Shown here in pieces: positions 43,301 to 51,589 of a stretch of DNA of 64,000 nucleotides. Origin of the DNA: an uncultured Rivularia sp. (lineage in GTDB: Bacteria > Cyanobacteriota > Cyanobacteriia > Cyanobacteriales > Nostocaceae). Under the pieces are notes generated by a model. It did no database searches, was not told the origin of the DNA, and saw only the letters and a list, made by a program, of their open reading frames with translations. Where the stretch lies: positions 608,001 through 672,000 of the forward strand of contig OY762007.1 of the NCBI GenBank assembly GCA_963665115.1. The letters run 5' to 3'. A program made the translations under genes and the position numbers. Positions within the stretch are counted from its first letter, which is position 1. Every line of letters begins with the position of its first letter.

Positions 43301-43814
43301 TGCTACAGGTTTAGCAGCATTAGAAACAATTCGTGTAGAAGCAGCAGTAAATGGCCCCGCAAGTAAACTTAGTGAAAACTTAGAATTGAAAAGTAGTCCA
43401 GCACGTAGCGAAACAGAAATTGTCGCTTTATTAGGAGGTGGATTTGACGGTGATGGAAGAGGTAATTTAGCTGTAGGATTGCTTAATATCGCAGGTTCGG
43501 CAGTTTTGGGTAACTTACAAAGCGCTTTTAATGATATTGGTACTGCTTTCGGTTTAAACGAACTGCGAGTATTTCCAACTATTATTTCCGATAATCCCGA
43601 AGCAGGAAAAAGCAGTTCTAGTATAGAATTAGCCGCAGAAGCTGGGGTTGATATAACAAATCGAATTTCAGTTTCCGCTCTCAAGATTTTAACCGCAGAC
43701 GATCCATTTCAATTCGGAATCAATTACCGATTAAAAGATAAAATTCGTCTTCGCGGTTCAACTAATTTTGATGATGATAACCGTGGTGCGATCGAATATC
43801 AAAGAAGGTTTTGA
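37308..43814 (+). CDS. tamB: Translocation and assembly module TamB (AsmA-like/DUF490) protein with an internal tandem repeat expansion
   Basis: N-terminal anchor, beta-taco G-x-L repeats and C-terminal DUF490-like end (LKSSPARSETEIVALLGG, GAIEYQRRF). Confidence 0.9.
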   Translation: MTNSSSTEKYSKSKNRKRLWLLILSRGGLAFGGLLLVGISVGIWRLQSFIRQDLAPLVEKNLTNIIDRPLELGEVKGFTLSGVKFGASAIPATAADADNVKADAIEVGFDPLQLLFNRRLKLDVTLVNPVGYVDRDEQGRWITTNIVLPDEPGPIDIELEQVRLRNGNVVLKPFVENEIASPKVVFSKLNGYAKFIDNYQVVRFEVEGQPGSTGNLSVGGKVNLKNKAGNLQIQAADLFASEVTPLVKLPVKLKGGKINGNLQVKLPTGEKQPLLYGNARVEGLDFQVAQMPKPLVNSQGNLQFDGTKVKLNDVVTSYGKIPLSGGGIIDFNQGYNLTARVNAVSVNDTLQTLEIQSPLAVGGVVKGDLTMTGAITQPVISGTVATVKPGIVDKVKLKTASGKFAFVTADSTVTFTDIRGTAAVGGEVRGAGKILIGDDSIGRKTQVNFNFRTGNAPGDSLARIYNIPTSSFQVGRVAATANLSGTPETLRTLVKFNAPQATYPATGEVIVNPNRSLSFRNVALAVAGGTALATASWNQQQWQAVANTKGIKINRFVSKEQLEKVNLDRASFNGKVIVSGSSAPFKIGQIRTENADIKVAGGKVAVNSVKFDEQKFSAELVASGVQVGRLLKDASLPINGPLSGKFQVSGNTDNFDAKTLQIQGYARLAAAGGRITANNIKVKDGIYLARVRANNLQLQQLSQQIPKSFKGRLTGEFDVAGSLDSLQPESIVATGKAEIKTNGGVIAANNIQVKDGVYLAQVATNNVQIQDLSEQLPKSFAGRLTGKFNLAGSLDSFAPESLIISGKANLNTVAGRISASDIEFARGQYRAKVGVNNIDVRQLSPQIPQSFPGKLTGNFNIAGSTKSFEELTVSGNGFVNAAGGRISASEIAVYNGRYQAKVDANKLLVSQLSPKIPQSFRGRLTGRFNIAGSLNSLEDVNLSGNAAIDAGDGKVTASDIFVNNGKYQAKVAADNLLVSQLSAKIPQSFGGRLTGRFNVAGSVNSLEDVNLSGNAAIDAADGKVTASDILVNNGKYQAKVAVNQIRLRQFAPQLPEILAGDLTGNFNITGNVAGSVNSFEDVNLSGNAAINAAGGKIAASNIQINNGRYQAVVNAADVELNKLNQRLRGKFASNLQIAGNLKNPTLADIRANGNVQFSQGIPGFEKPINAAIAWTGNKLKIARATAPGLNISGDIFANAKGVGIPQITQLDLNIQASNFDLQQLPVDISNAVNVAGKVDFDGKVTGKLPLPNVVGQVALKDFVINDVAFEPVLSGNVKSQLGSGLQLNIAGKQDRIAVNLNKNNRPESFVVKRGEAFASGQSQGDILALDIKAFPLQLLKLPLPVNRYLGSGKIAGTFTGNVRVNQKTFATASGNITVQNPEVGRLKGDKLVANFNYNGNKLSISTGKFFKGESRYTVAGTVTQIGEAPQIKGKLKVKQGKIQDVLTALQIYELQDIQRGLEEPTYGKASQLETIGVGLPNQTLLTQLRRYSEIQALLAQQKQQRRDASPFPELANLKGTFNAEVSLDTTNNEGISTQFDVKGQNFTWGTEEDPERYEAKQVIAQGGFENGILKFTPLRIESTNRLVSFSGAIGGDEQFGNLQVKNFPLEVVNNFVNLPIGFTGNLNGRAAIAGSIANPLTKGELKITDGTLNQKGIESAAASFSYSNGRLNFASNVMVNDSEPVDINGSIPYKLPFASVAPQSNQINLDVNVKNDGLAVLNLFNNQVTFEKGEGEVKLTVRGTLQEPVVNGNASIKNGIFSAQALPEKLTNVTGKVNFDFDTIAVKNLQGDFSKGKVVAKGDIPIYNDGSIQINNPLSVTLDKLAVNLKGLYQGGVGGNIILKGAALSPIVSGNINLDNGLVLLPEGDGDSGVANSKNLKRVKAGKEINQEENTRGKFNNLQLTLGKKVKVERPPIVSIQASGNLDINGTFSNPIPVGTLKLKKGGVNLFTTQFNLARGEENTATFIKNQPRDPILDISLFAKVLDVIQSSDFSRPNATGLAALETIRVEAAVNGPASKLSENLELKSSPARSETEIVALLGGGFDGDGRGNLAVGLLNIAGSAVLGNLQSAFNDIGTAFGLNELRVFPTIISDNPEAGKSSSSIELAAEAGVDITNRISVSALKILTADDPFQFGINYRLKDKIRLRGSTNFDDDNRGAIEYQRRF

Positions 43815-43872
43815 CAGTTAACAATTATCAGTGAACAGTTATCAGTTATCAGTTACCAACTAACTTCTATTT

Positions 43873-44928
43873 ATGAAAAAAAATATTTGGTTTGTGCTGT
43901 TGATATTAGTAGGTGTTGCGGTTGCGATATCATTTAGTTATAATTTTTGGGATAAATCCGAAGAAACTGCTGTTATTAATAGTATTCAAATAGAAACTCC
44001 ATTCCCAGAGGAAGAATCTACAGCAGAGAAAATAGAAAATCAATCAAAACAACTTAAACAAAGTAATATTCCTCAAGTTGATTCGGAAAGATTGTTTGCT
44101 GACGTGCAAAATTTGAGTTTTCAGCGTTTTACGAATGCCGAACGCAGACGTACCCGCAATTATATTATTAATGAATTAAAAAAGCAGGGATGGAAATCTT
44201 CTTTAGAACAGTTTCCCAAAGGTATTAATGTTTTTGCTGAAAAACCGGGAACCGATAGCGAAGCAGGAGCAATTTTACTTGCAGCCCATTATGATACCGT
44301 TTTGAATTCCCCTGGTGCTGATGATAATGCCACTGGTGTTGCTGTATTGCTCGAAATAGCTCGACTTTTTAATTCTGATTCGACTCCCCGAACTTTGCAA
44401 TTAGCTTTTTTCGATCGAGAAGAAGCTGGTTTATTAGGTAGTCGCGCTTTTGTGAATAATCAAGCCCGTTTGCAAAACTTACGTGGTGTAATTGTCATGG
44501 ATATGGTGGGTTACGCTTGCTATACAGCAGGTTGTCAAAAAACTCCTTCCGGTTTTCCCATAACTCCTACCAGCGATAAAGGTGATTTTTTAGCCGTGGT
44601 AGGTGATACGGAACATTTACCATTAATTAATACTTTTAAAACAGTCCAAAAATCATCAAAATTACCACCAGTATTTACTTTACCAGTTCCCCTCAAAGGA
44701 GTTTTAACACCTGACGTTTTACGAAGTGACCATGCGCCATTTTGGCTACAAGGAATTGGAGCTTTATTAGTTACCGATACAGCTAATTTACGTAGTTCTT
44801 TCTATCATCAACCAAGCGATATTCCTGCTAATATTAAACGTAATTTTTTCGCCGGTGCAGCGCAGTTAATTGTTAACGTTACGAATGCTTTATTGCAGGG
44901 TAGCGGGAGTTTAGCAACGCCGAGTTAG
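43873..44928 (+). CDS. M28 family metallopeptidase, membrane-anchored or secreted
   Basis: AHYDT, GADDNATG, DREEAGLLGS, DMVG, RSDHAPF and YHQPSD. Confidence 0.92.
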   Translation: MKKNIWFVLLILVGVAVAISFSYNFWDKSEETAVINSIQIETPFPEEESTAEKIENQSKQLKQSNIPQVDSERLFADVQNLSFQRFTNAERRRTRNYIINELKKQGWKSSLEQFPKGINVFAEKPGTDSEAGAILLAAHYDTVLNSPGADDNATGVAVLLEIARLFNSDSTPRTLQLAFFDREEAGLLGSRAFVNNQARLQNLRGVIVMDMVGYACYTAGCQKTPSGFPITPTSDKGDFLAVVGDTEHLPLINTFKTVQKSSKLPPVFTLPVPLKGVLTPDVLRSDHAPFWLQGIGALLVTDTANLRSSFYHQPSDIPANIKRNFFAGAAQLIVNVTNALLQGSGSLATPS

Positions 44929-45057
44929 GAACAGTGAGCAAGATTATCTTAGCTATTATGGTGCGTTACACTCCGTGACAACACACCCTACAATTCTGTT
45001 CGTTAACTGTTCGCTGATTTCATAAAAGTAACCGGAACCCCAATTTACAATGCTGCT

Positions 45058-45278
45058 GGCTGTAGTGGCGGAGGGATTAAAGTCAGGTGACACTCAAGTC
45101 GCATAACCTGACATCTTGCACCAATTTCAGAAACCCGGTTTCTTTTCAGTTTTAGAACGAGATATTCATGCTTTCACGGATAGAAACCGGGTTTCTTTAG
45201 GCTGTGGTGGCGAAGGGACTAAAGACAGGTGACACTCAAGTCGCATAACCGCACTTTTACGGACGGACACCACTACAG
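45058..45278. repeat. 51-nt direct repeat (45058-45108 / 45200-45250) in a MITE-like unit with CTGTAGTGG...CCACTACAG ends
   Basis: The two copies differ at 4 positions. The spacer carries an AGAAACCCGGTTTCT / AGAAACCGGGTTTCT palindrome pair. Confidence 0.7.
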
Positions 45279-45374
45279 TTACAAATATTAAAATTGCTTA
45301 ACACTTCGTTACTATAGATGTATTGAGAGAGCTAACGAGTTTGTCTCTCAATGTAAAAAACACAGGTAAACGCC

Positions 45375-46499
45375 ATGAATAACACAATCCGTGTTGGCAA
45401 CCTCTTCGGGATTCCCTTCTATATTCATCCATCCTGGTTTTTAGTACTGGGTTTGGTGACTTGGACTTATGGTAGCGGGCTAGGGAATGCATTTCCTTAT
45501 TTAGGAACTGGATCTGCTTTGCTGTTGGGTTTAATCGCAGCTTTGATGCTTTTTAGCTCTGTTGTTGCCCACGAACTAGGACATAGTTTTGTTGCCATTC
45601 GTCAAGGGATTGATGTTAAATCCATCACCCTGTTTATATTTGGAGGTTTGGCTAGTTTAGAGAAAGAATCAAATACTCCAGCATCTGCTTTTTGGGTGGC
45701 GATCGCCGGTCCCTTAGTTAGCCTGTTGTTGTTTGGTGTATTTACAGCGATTGGTTTTGGTACTGGAGCCTCTGGGGTATTCTCAGCAATTTTGGGACTG
45801 CTCGCTTCTGTTAACTTGGCACTATGCTTATTTAACCTGATTCCTGGCTTGCCCCTAGACGGTGGGAATATACTTAAAGCGATAGTTTGGAAAATCACTG
45901 GTAATCCTAATAAAGGAGTGATTTTCGCCAGTCGAGTTGGACAAATTTTTGGTTGGATTGCTGTTTCAAGTGGTTTAATTCCACTATTGTTAACTGGCAG
46001 TTTTGCTAACTTCTGGAATTTGTTGATTGGTTTCTTCTTATTGAGAAATGCTGGTAATGCAGCCCAAGTTGCAAGGGTACAAGAACAGTTTACGGGTTTA
46101 ACTGCTGCTGATGCAGTAAGTAGCGATAGCCCAGTTATTGCCGATAACCTTACTCTCAGAGAATTTGCTGACGAACAGATAGTAAGCGGACAAAAATGGC
46201 AGCGCTTTTTAGTTACCAACAGTGACGGACAATTGGTAGGAGCAATATCTGCTGACAATTTTCGTGCCGTTTCACCGCAATTTTGGTCGGAAACTCAAGT
46301 TAAAGATGTAATGCGACCAATTGCAGAATCTACTACGGTTAAAGCCGATCAACCTTTATTAGAAGTAGTGCAGTTAATCGAACAACAAAAACTATCTGCG
46401 CTAACCGTGATTCGTGACAATAACGTGTTAGTGGGAATTTTGGAAAAAGCTGCAATACTCAACTTGCTACAGAAAAGGATGCAAGCAAATCCCACCTAA
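45375..46499 (+). CDS. Site-2 (M50) membrane metalloprotease with CBS domains
   Basis: HELGH, AIAGPLVS, FNLIPGLPLDGG and a C-terminal CBS pair. Confidence 0.94.
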   Translation: MNNTIRVGNLFGIPFYIHPSWFLVLGLVTWTYGSGLGNAFPYLGTGSALLLGLIAALMLFSSVVAHELGHSFVAIRQGIDVKSITLFIFGGLASLEKESNTPASAFWVAIAGPLVSLLLFGVFTAIGFGTGASGVFSAILGLLASVNLALCLFNLIPGLPLDGGNILKAIVWKITGNPNKGVIFASRVGQIFGWIAVSSGLIPLLLTGSFANFWNLLIGFFLLRNAGNAAQVARVQEQFTGLTAADAVSSDSPVIADNLTLREFADEQIVSGQKWQRFLVTNSDGQLVGAISADNFRAVSPQFWSETQVKDVMRPIAESTTVKADQPLLEVVQLIEQQKLSALTVIRDNNVLVGILEKAAILNLLQKRMQANPT

Positions 46500-46576
46500 T
46501 TTCTCGATGTTAAATAACTAATAGTGATGTTATGAAGCGAATTGTCTGTATCGCTTCATTCGTCGTTTAAAGGTGG

Positions 46577-46700
46577 TAAGTAAGTCGGCACATAAAAAAC
46601 TCACTATGTCACGAAATGTAGAAAGGTTGAAACGGGTGGGATTGCTTCGTTCCTCGCTTCGGACAGAACACAATTATATTTATTCACGCGGACTTACTTA
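46577..46700. mobile_element. MITE-like element with TAAGTAAGTC(C/G)GC terminal inverted repeats
   Basis: taagtaagtcggc ... gcggacttactta, a 12/13 match. Confidence 0.6.
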
Positions 46701-46720
46701 ATTTAGAATTAAACATTTTC

Positions 46721-47237
46721 TTACTTAGTAACAGGTTCAGCTTTCTCAACTGAATTATCCGTTACTCCCAAAGTTAATTCTAAAGGCGTGCGGTCTGGAT
46801 AAGCTTTTACTACTTGCCTATAAACATCATAATTTGTAGGTAATGTCCTTTGCTGCGTACCTTCTGAGTAAATGAATTCGTACTTCACAGATTTTAATAA
46901 TTCGGGTCTGCTTGCCTCTTGTTCCGAACCTTGGCGTTGTTCTACTTCATCAACTGTTGGTCGCGGCGGTAGTGCAGCCCACCACAAACCTCGGTCATCG
47001 GGGTCCTGTAACTGCTCCCGATGGTTTCAAACCATTACGATTGAGCAAGGAAGTTGTAGCGAATTCTTCCAAACGTGGTGATGGTTCCGTTGTTAGATTA
47101 TTCGCATATTCTACTTGCCAGGTATAAGTTGTAAGTGCTGTAGCTTCATATTGGCTTGTAGTTACGTTGGTGCAACCAGCGATTGCAGCCGAAAAAAGAA
47201 GCGAAAATAATTTTTGAGCGCGTTGTTTATTACCCAT
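46721..47237 (-). CDS. Hypothetical lipoprotein; apparent +1 frameshift at GGGG 47000-47003
   Basis: Lipobox IAGC. Removing one base joins AVTGP-DDRGL-WWAALPPRPTVDEVE. Confidence 0.75.
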
Positions 47238-47688
47238 TACCTAAGCCCATAAAAGTAACTGGAACCCCAATTAATTGTTTACCTATTTGAGATATTTTAA
47301 ATTTATTTTTGAGAGATACAGGTAAATCTTGAAAAGCAACTTGTATAAAACCAAATTTTATATAGTAATCTACTAATTTTTTACCCAAACATTCTAAATA
47401 CAATGGTTGAGTTGCTTGTTGGATTAAATGTTGAGTCAGAAAACTTCCTAAACCGCGATTTCTCCAATTTTTTGTCACAACTAAGCTACCGAGTTCTTGA
47501 GCTTCTGTAAAATTGCGTAACTGTCCGCAAGCGATGATTTTTTCGTCGAATTCGATCGCCCAAAATTGCTGCCATTTTAATTGTGTGGGGTCAAGTTTTG
47601 CTTTGAATACCAGCCAGCGAATTGATGAAGCGTCTTTAGATGTGGCTTTGCGGAGAATACATCCTTCTGGTAAATGCTTCATAATCAT
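47230..47688 (-). CDS. GNAT family N-acetyltransferase
   Basis: ELGSLVVTKNWRNRGLGS acetyl-CoA motif and YYIKFGF. Confidence 0.88.
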   Translation of the reverse strand: MIMKHLPEGCILRKATSKDASSIRWLVFKAKLDPTQLKWQQFWAIEFDEKIIACGQLRNFTEAQELGSLVVTKNWRNRGLGSFLTQHLIQQATQPLYLECLGKKLVDYYIKFGFIQVAFQDLPVSLKNKFKISQIGKQLIGVPVTFMGLGNG

Positions 47689-47753
47689 GTTTTCCCCGAT
47701 AATGACTTCCCGTAAGGATAATTTTACCGGGAAAAATGGTGATTTCAAATAAG

Positions 47754-48389
47754 TTATGCAAACAGTGCGCCGTAGGTTTTACTACCGCATATTCCGTCAG
47801 ATACAAGTCTTTTATCCCTTTGAAACTGTTTAACTTTAGATTCGGTTGTTGGACCAAAATCGCCATCAATACTCAATGTATATCCTTTGTTCTTTAACTG
47901 ACGCTGCATTTTTTTAACATCTTCACCAGTATCACCGCGTCTTAAAGTATTGTTGAAATTTGGTCGTAATTCTCCATGTACTTTGACAATTGACTTTCCA
48001 GATTTCGTATTATCGTGAATTAGCTTTGCTGCTTCCTTATTTGCAATCCGAACGCATCCGTGGGAGCTAGGATATTCGGGAACCCGTGGAAAGTAATGCA
48101 GGGCAATTCCCCTTTCCGCTTCTTGAAAGCGCGTCACCCATTCCGCTTCTGGATATTTGCTAAATTTACGATCTTGCCAAAGTACCGGGAACTCACCTTT
48201 CGGAGTACAATCTGTGCCAGCTTTTTGACTGGTTGCAACGTTATCGCAATTAACACCGGAAATACCTTTACCGGGGGTGCAGTGGAAAGGCCCTTTTTTT
48301 TGTGATGCAGCATTTGAACCAGTCCATTCCAGCGTCACTTCTTGTTTCCATAAGTCAACGTTGACTTTTGATATGTATGTTTCTGCCAT
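47754..48389 (-). CDS. L,D-transpeptidase (YkuD-like) catalytic domain plus C-terminal peptidoglycan-binding domain
   Basis: IALH...SHGCVR; LRRGDTGEDVKKMQ...DGDFGPTT...FQR...DGICG. Confidence 0.88.
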   Translation of the reverse strand: MAETYISKVNVDLWKQEVTLEWTGSNAASQKKGPFHCTPGKGISGVNCDNVATSQKAGTDCTPKGEFPVLWQDRKFSKYPEAEWVTRFQEAERGIALHYFPRVPEYPSSHGCVRIANKEAAKLIHDNTKSGKSIVKVHGELRPNFNNTLRRGDTGEDVKKMQRQLKNKGYTLSIDGDFGPTTESKVKQFQRDKRLVSDGICGSKTYGALFA

Positions 48390-48559
48390 GAGATTATTAC
48401 CAATAAAGATTATATGTCTTGAATGCTACAAGAAATAACTCTTTATTTAAAGTACTCTTTGGGGTTATTTTTTACTCAATATACATTTGGGAACTATTTA
48501 AATTTATTTGTTGAATAACCTAGATATGGAGACGTAGCACTGCTACGTCTCTACATTAG

Positions 48560-49579
48560 TTATTGTTTTAGAATGGCATCTTCGATCGCGTAATCTAATA
48601 AAAAGGGTGCTGCTAACTGCTGCATTTCGGTAGATAAATGATTTTTTTCCCATTCAATAGTTCTTTTCAACGCTTCTTCTATGGGTACGATTTCCCTGTA
48701 TCCCAACTCTTCACGAATGCGAGTCGAGTCTACAAACCAATCTTGTTCTGAGTTGAGTGGTAAATTCCAGTCTGGAGGAAATTTGTCTTTGGGTAGACTG
48801 ACAACTTTACCTTTCCATCCTGCGAGTTTCCCTATTTTTGTAACTCTTTCCCCTTCAGAAAGTGTCTCTGATTCGGCAACATTATAGATTCTCCCTTTTG
48901 CTTTTTCGCTGGTAACGGCTAAAGCAATTGCATAACCGATATTTTCAACATAACCGTAAGAAGCACGCCATTTAGCAATACCATCCAACAACACAATCGC
49001 ATCGCGGCGATCGCCCATTCGTTTTAAATAGGGTGATAATCGGTTCAAAGGGTCATTTTTTCCATATACCATTGGTAATCTGATGATTGTTCCAGGTAAT
49101 TCGGATGACATCACAACTTTTTCAATTACAATCTTCTCGTAATCTGGTGGTACATTCAAAGGTCTTTTTGGCGCATCTTTTAACAGATAAAGCGAAGAAC
49201 GTAAAGCTGAATCTTCTGTAAGCGGAACGTTTTGCGTACCGGATTCCTTACCTAAAATAATTTCATAAGCGCGGTATACGTCCATACTGCTAATTGCGAC
49301 AACGCGCCGTGCAATACTCTTAAATACGTCCATTAACATCCGTGCGTCAGATTCCGTGTAGCAAATCATATCTACAACAGCATCAGGTAAAAGACTCTCA
49401 AACTCACTTTTATAATCTTGAAGTTGAGAGCGATCGCCATATATAAAATCCACATTCTCAGGTAAGTCAGCTTTGGTGTTTCCGCGATGGAATATTGTTA
49501 CATCGTGCCCCATAGTTACAAGCTGACGTACAACAGAAGGACCAATAAAATTAGTTCCACCGATAATTAGAATTTTCAT
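48560..49579 (-). CDS. NAD-dependent epimerase/dehydratase (atypical SDR)
   Basis: ILIIGGTNFIG Rossmann motif, ISSMDVY and RLPMVYG. Confidence 0.9.
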   Translation of the reverse strand: MKILIIGGTNFIGPSVVRQLVTMGHDVTIFHRGNTKADLPENVDFIYGDRSQLQDYKSEFESLLPDAVVDMICYTESDARMLMDVFKSIARRVVAISSMDVYRAYEIILGKESGTQNVPLTEDSALRSSLYLLKDAPKRPLNVPPDYEKIVIEKVVMSSELPGTIIRLPMVYGKNDPLNRLSPYLKRMGDRRDAIVLLDGIAKWRASYGYVENIGYAIALAVTSEKAKGRIYNVAESETLSEGERVTKIGKLAGWKGKVVSLPKDKFPPDWNLPLNSEQDWFVDSTRIREELGYREIVPIEEALKRTIEWEKNHLSTEMQQLAAPFLLDYAIEDAILKQ

Positions 49580-49619
49580 TTTGATTTTCCGGAAATGTCT
49601 ACTGATAATCGAAGCATTA

Positions 49620-50018
49620 CTATTGTCGATCGGAGGTTCTCGCCTTTTGAATCATTTCTTGGATTGTTTCAGTTTCGCCAATTTCGTAAAGGCTAATCAA
49701 ACCATCCTCAATGGTAAAGATTTGCTGAACTGTTGCATCCGCAAGTAAATTGCCTTGTAAATCTTTGATGACTTGATGAACGGTAACAACGTTTCGATTA
49801 TTTTCGTCCGTCTCGAATTTCAGCGTCTCAAGCTCTGGTTGAATATTCTTAAATTGATTAGTCCAGTATTCGCGCACTGCGTCGCATCCATAAACAAAAC
49901 CGCCTTCCACTCCGTTCGCCCATTTCACATCCGGGTGCATAAACGAGATAATTGTTTCAATTTCACGGTTATTAAAGGCATCGTATAAATTTTGCAGAAA
50001 TTCTTGATTTGAACTCAT
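49620..50018 (-). CDS. SnoaL-like/NTF2 family protein
   Basis: LYDAFNNREIE...HPDVKWAN...G.DAVREYW; ATG at 50018. Confidence 0.85.
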   Translation of the reverse strand: MSSNQEFLQNLYDAFNNREIETIISFMHPDVKWANGVEGGFVYGCDAVREYWTNQFKNIQPELETLKFETDENNRNVVTVHQVIKDLQGNLLADATVQQIFTIEDGLISLYEIGETETIQEMIQKARTSDRQ

Positions 50019-50060
50019 AATTATCACCATGTTTACTTTTTGTTTTGCTGTCTTTATAAC

Positions 50061-50152
50061 AGGACTTACGCAGCGATAACGGAAAATATAGTGTTCTAGA
50101 TGCTGAGATCCCCCCAACCCCCCTTTTTAAAGGGGGGCTTTGCGTAAGTCCT
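50061..50152. mobile_element. MITE-like element with perfect 12-bp TIR AGGACTTACGCA and an internal CCCCCC-TTTTTAAA-GGGGGG hairpin
   Basis: Read directly from the sequence; related copies at 31213 and 24668. Confidence 0.75.
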
Positions 50153-50158
50153 ATATAA

Positions 50159-50420
50159 TTAATCCTTTTCAAACACTCCCATTTCACCAAGACGAATAGT
50201 CAGAATTTTTACATCTGTAATCGCTTTGTGGGAACCGTTTTTAGTATTAGCAGGAGTAAACCGGAATGTTCCGGCTTGACACTCTCTTCCTCCGGTTTCA
50301 ATAGTTCCTTCAAGAACATAAACATACTCATCACAGGGATGAGAATGAACTGGAATTTCCGTACCAGCGCTCATGGCTAATTTATGAATTGAGCCTTGGT
50401 AAACTGGTTGAGCTAATGGA
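50159..50420 (-). pseudogene. 5'-truncated duplicate of the cupin gene at 51590-51928
   Basis: Highly similar to 51590-51850 up to GAGCTAATGG, but lacks the first ~25 codons. Confidence 0.85.
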
Positions 50421-50435
50421 AAGAAATATAATTAT

Positions 50436-50621
50436 TTAATTGCCACCCCACAAAAATCTGGCTATAAAAATGCCAAGAGAACCAAAGAAGGTATTGACTG
50501 ATGCCGTTTTAAAAGCTTTAGCCAGAGAATCCCTTTTTACAAGCATCCGCCATATAAACAAATTCAAAAATGACGAGATGGTGAACATTAAAATCAATTT
50601 CCAGTCAAATTCAGATAACAT
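50436..50621 (-). CDS. Small 2-TM hypothetical protein
   Basis: ATG preceded by an AGGAAGGT SD; two hydrophobic segments. Confidence 0.6.
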   Translation of the reverse strand: MLSEFDWKLILMFTISSFLNLFIWRMLVKRDSLAKAFKTASVNTFFGSLGIFIARFLWGGN

Positions 50622-50707
50622 TATTACCTTCCTTTTGAAAATAAATAATCTGCATGAGTGTTTTTAAGTTCCACTGATAATCATAATTTTCATTTTTTGG
50701 AATTCCT

Positions 50708-51577
50708 TTAATTTAAGTTTTGACTAAACCAAGCTGCTACAACTTTTTGAAATTCGGCTATATCCTGTTTTAATTCGGGTGAATTTTTGGCTGCTTCTAA
50801 ATCAAGCTGATGTCCTAAATGTTCAAAGGTTTTTAAAGATAGACGTTCGGATTGATTCGCTTGCTGATAATGCGGAGCAATAGCTGTATATAATTCTTCA
50901 ATTTGATTCACATAGAAAACCTCATCCTGCAAACCATGTACAAAGAATATTGCCGGAATAGGTTGACGCTGAGTAATTTCCGAAGCACGAGCAACAAAAT
51001 CTAAGCGTTTTTTGACTACTTCTGATGCTTCACTCCAGCGATACTTTGTTTCCTCTTCCTTTAAGTTGGGATAATATTGTTTCATTCCACGCTCATAAGC
51101 ATCTACTGCTGATACTAAATCCTTAGTTACTCCAGCTAAGACAATAGTTTTGATCGGTAAAGAACTTTCCAACAAGGTAAGTAAGGCTGTTAAACCACCA
51201 GCGGAGAAACCAAATAAACCAATTTCTTGTTTACTAATAGGAAATTTTGTTTGCAATGCTTCAACAACACTTGGTAATTCTTGCATTGCCTGTTCGCTTA
51301 TAGGTAGCAGCAACTTTAATACGTAATCTTCAATCTGTCGTCGCTCAATCTCATCAATCCCACCTTCGGGTAAACGTTTACCAAATGAAGGTAATCCCAG
51401 ATATGCTTTCCAAGCTTGCACTTCCTTCAAGGGCAAAACTTCAGCCAGCAATTCTTCGCTATTAGGTATCCCAAAACCGTGCCAAAGAACTATAAGTGGA
51501 GCAGGTAAGCTAGGATTCACGGGTGAATGAACTATTACAGGTACACCAGCTAACTCTAAAAATTCCTTGTTAAACAT
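50708..51577 (-). CDS. Alpha/beta hydrolase (esterase/peptidase S9-like)
   Basis: WHGFG, GFSAGG, HGLQD and LGH triad; GGAGG SD. Confidence 0.85.
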   Translation of the reverse strand: MFNKEFLELAGVPVIVHSPVNPSLPAPLIVLWHGFGIPNSEELLAEVLPLKEVQAWKAYLGLPSFGKRLPEGGIDEIERRQIEDYVLKLLLPISEQAMQELPSVVEALQTKFPISKQEIGLFGFSAGGLTALLTLLESSLPIKTIVLAGVTKDLVSAVDAYERGMKQYYPNLKEEETKYRWSEASEVVKKRLDFVARASEITQRQPIPAIFFVHGLQDEVFYVNQIEELYTAIAPHYQQANQSERLSLKTFEHLGHQLDLEAAKNSPELKQDIAEFQKVVAAWFSQNLN

Positions 51578-51589
51578 AGTTACCTCCGA

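Noticed and set aside
45058..45250. Mini CRISPR array (two repeats, one spacer)
   Set aside because: The 51-nt repeat and 91-nt spacer are atypical, the spacer is itself a dispersed palindrome, and there are no cas genes.
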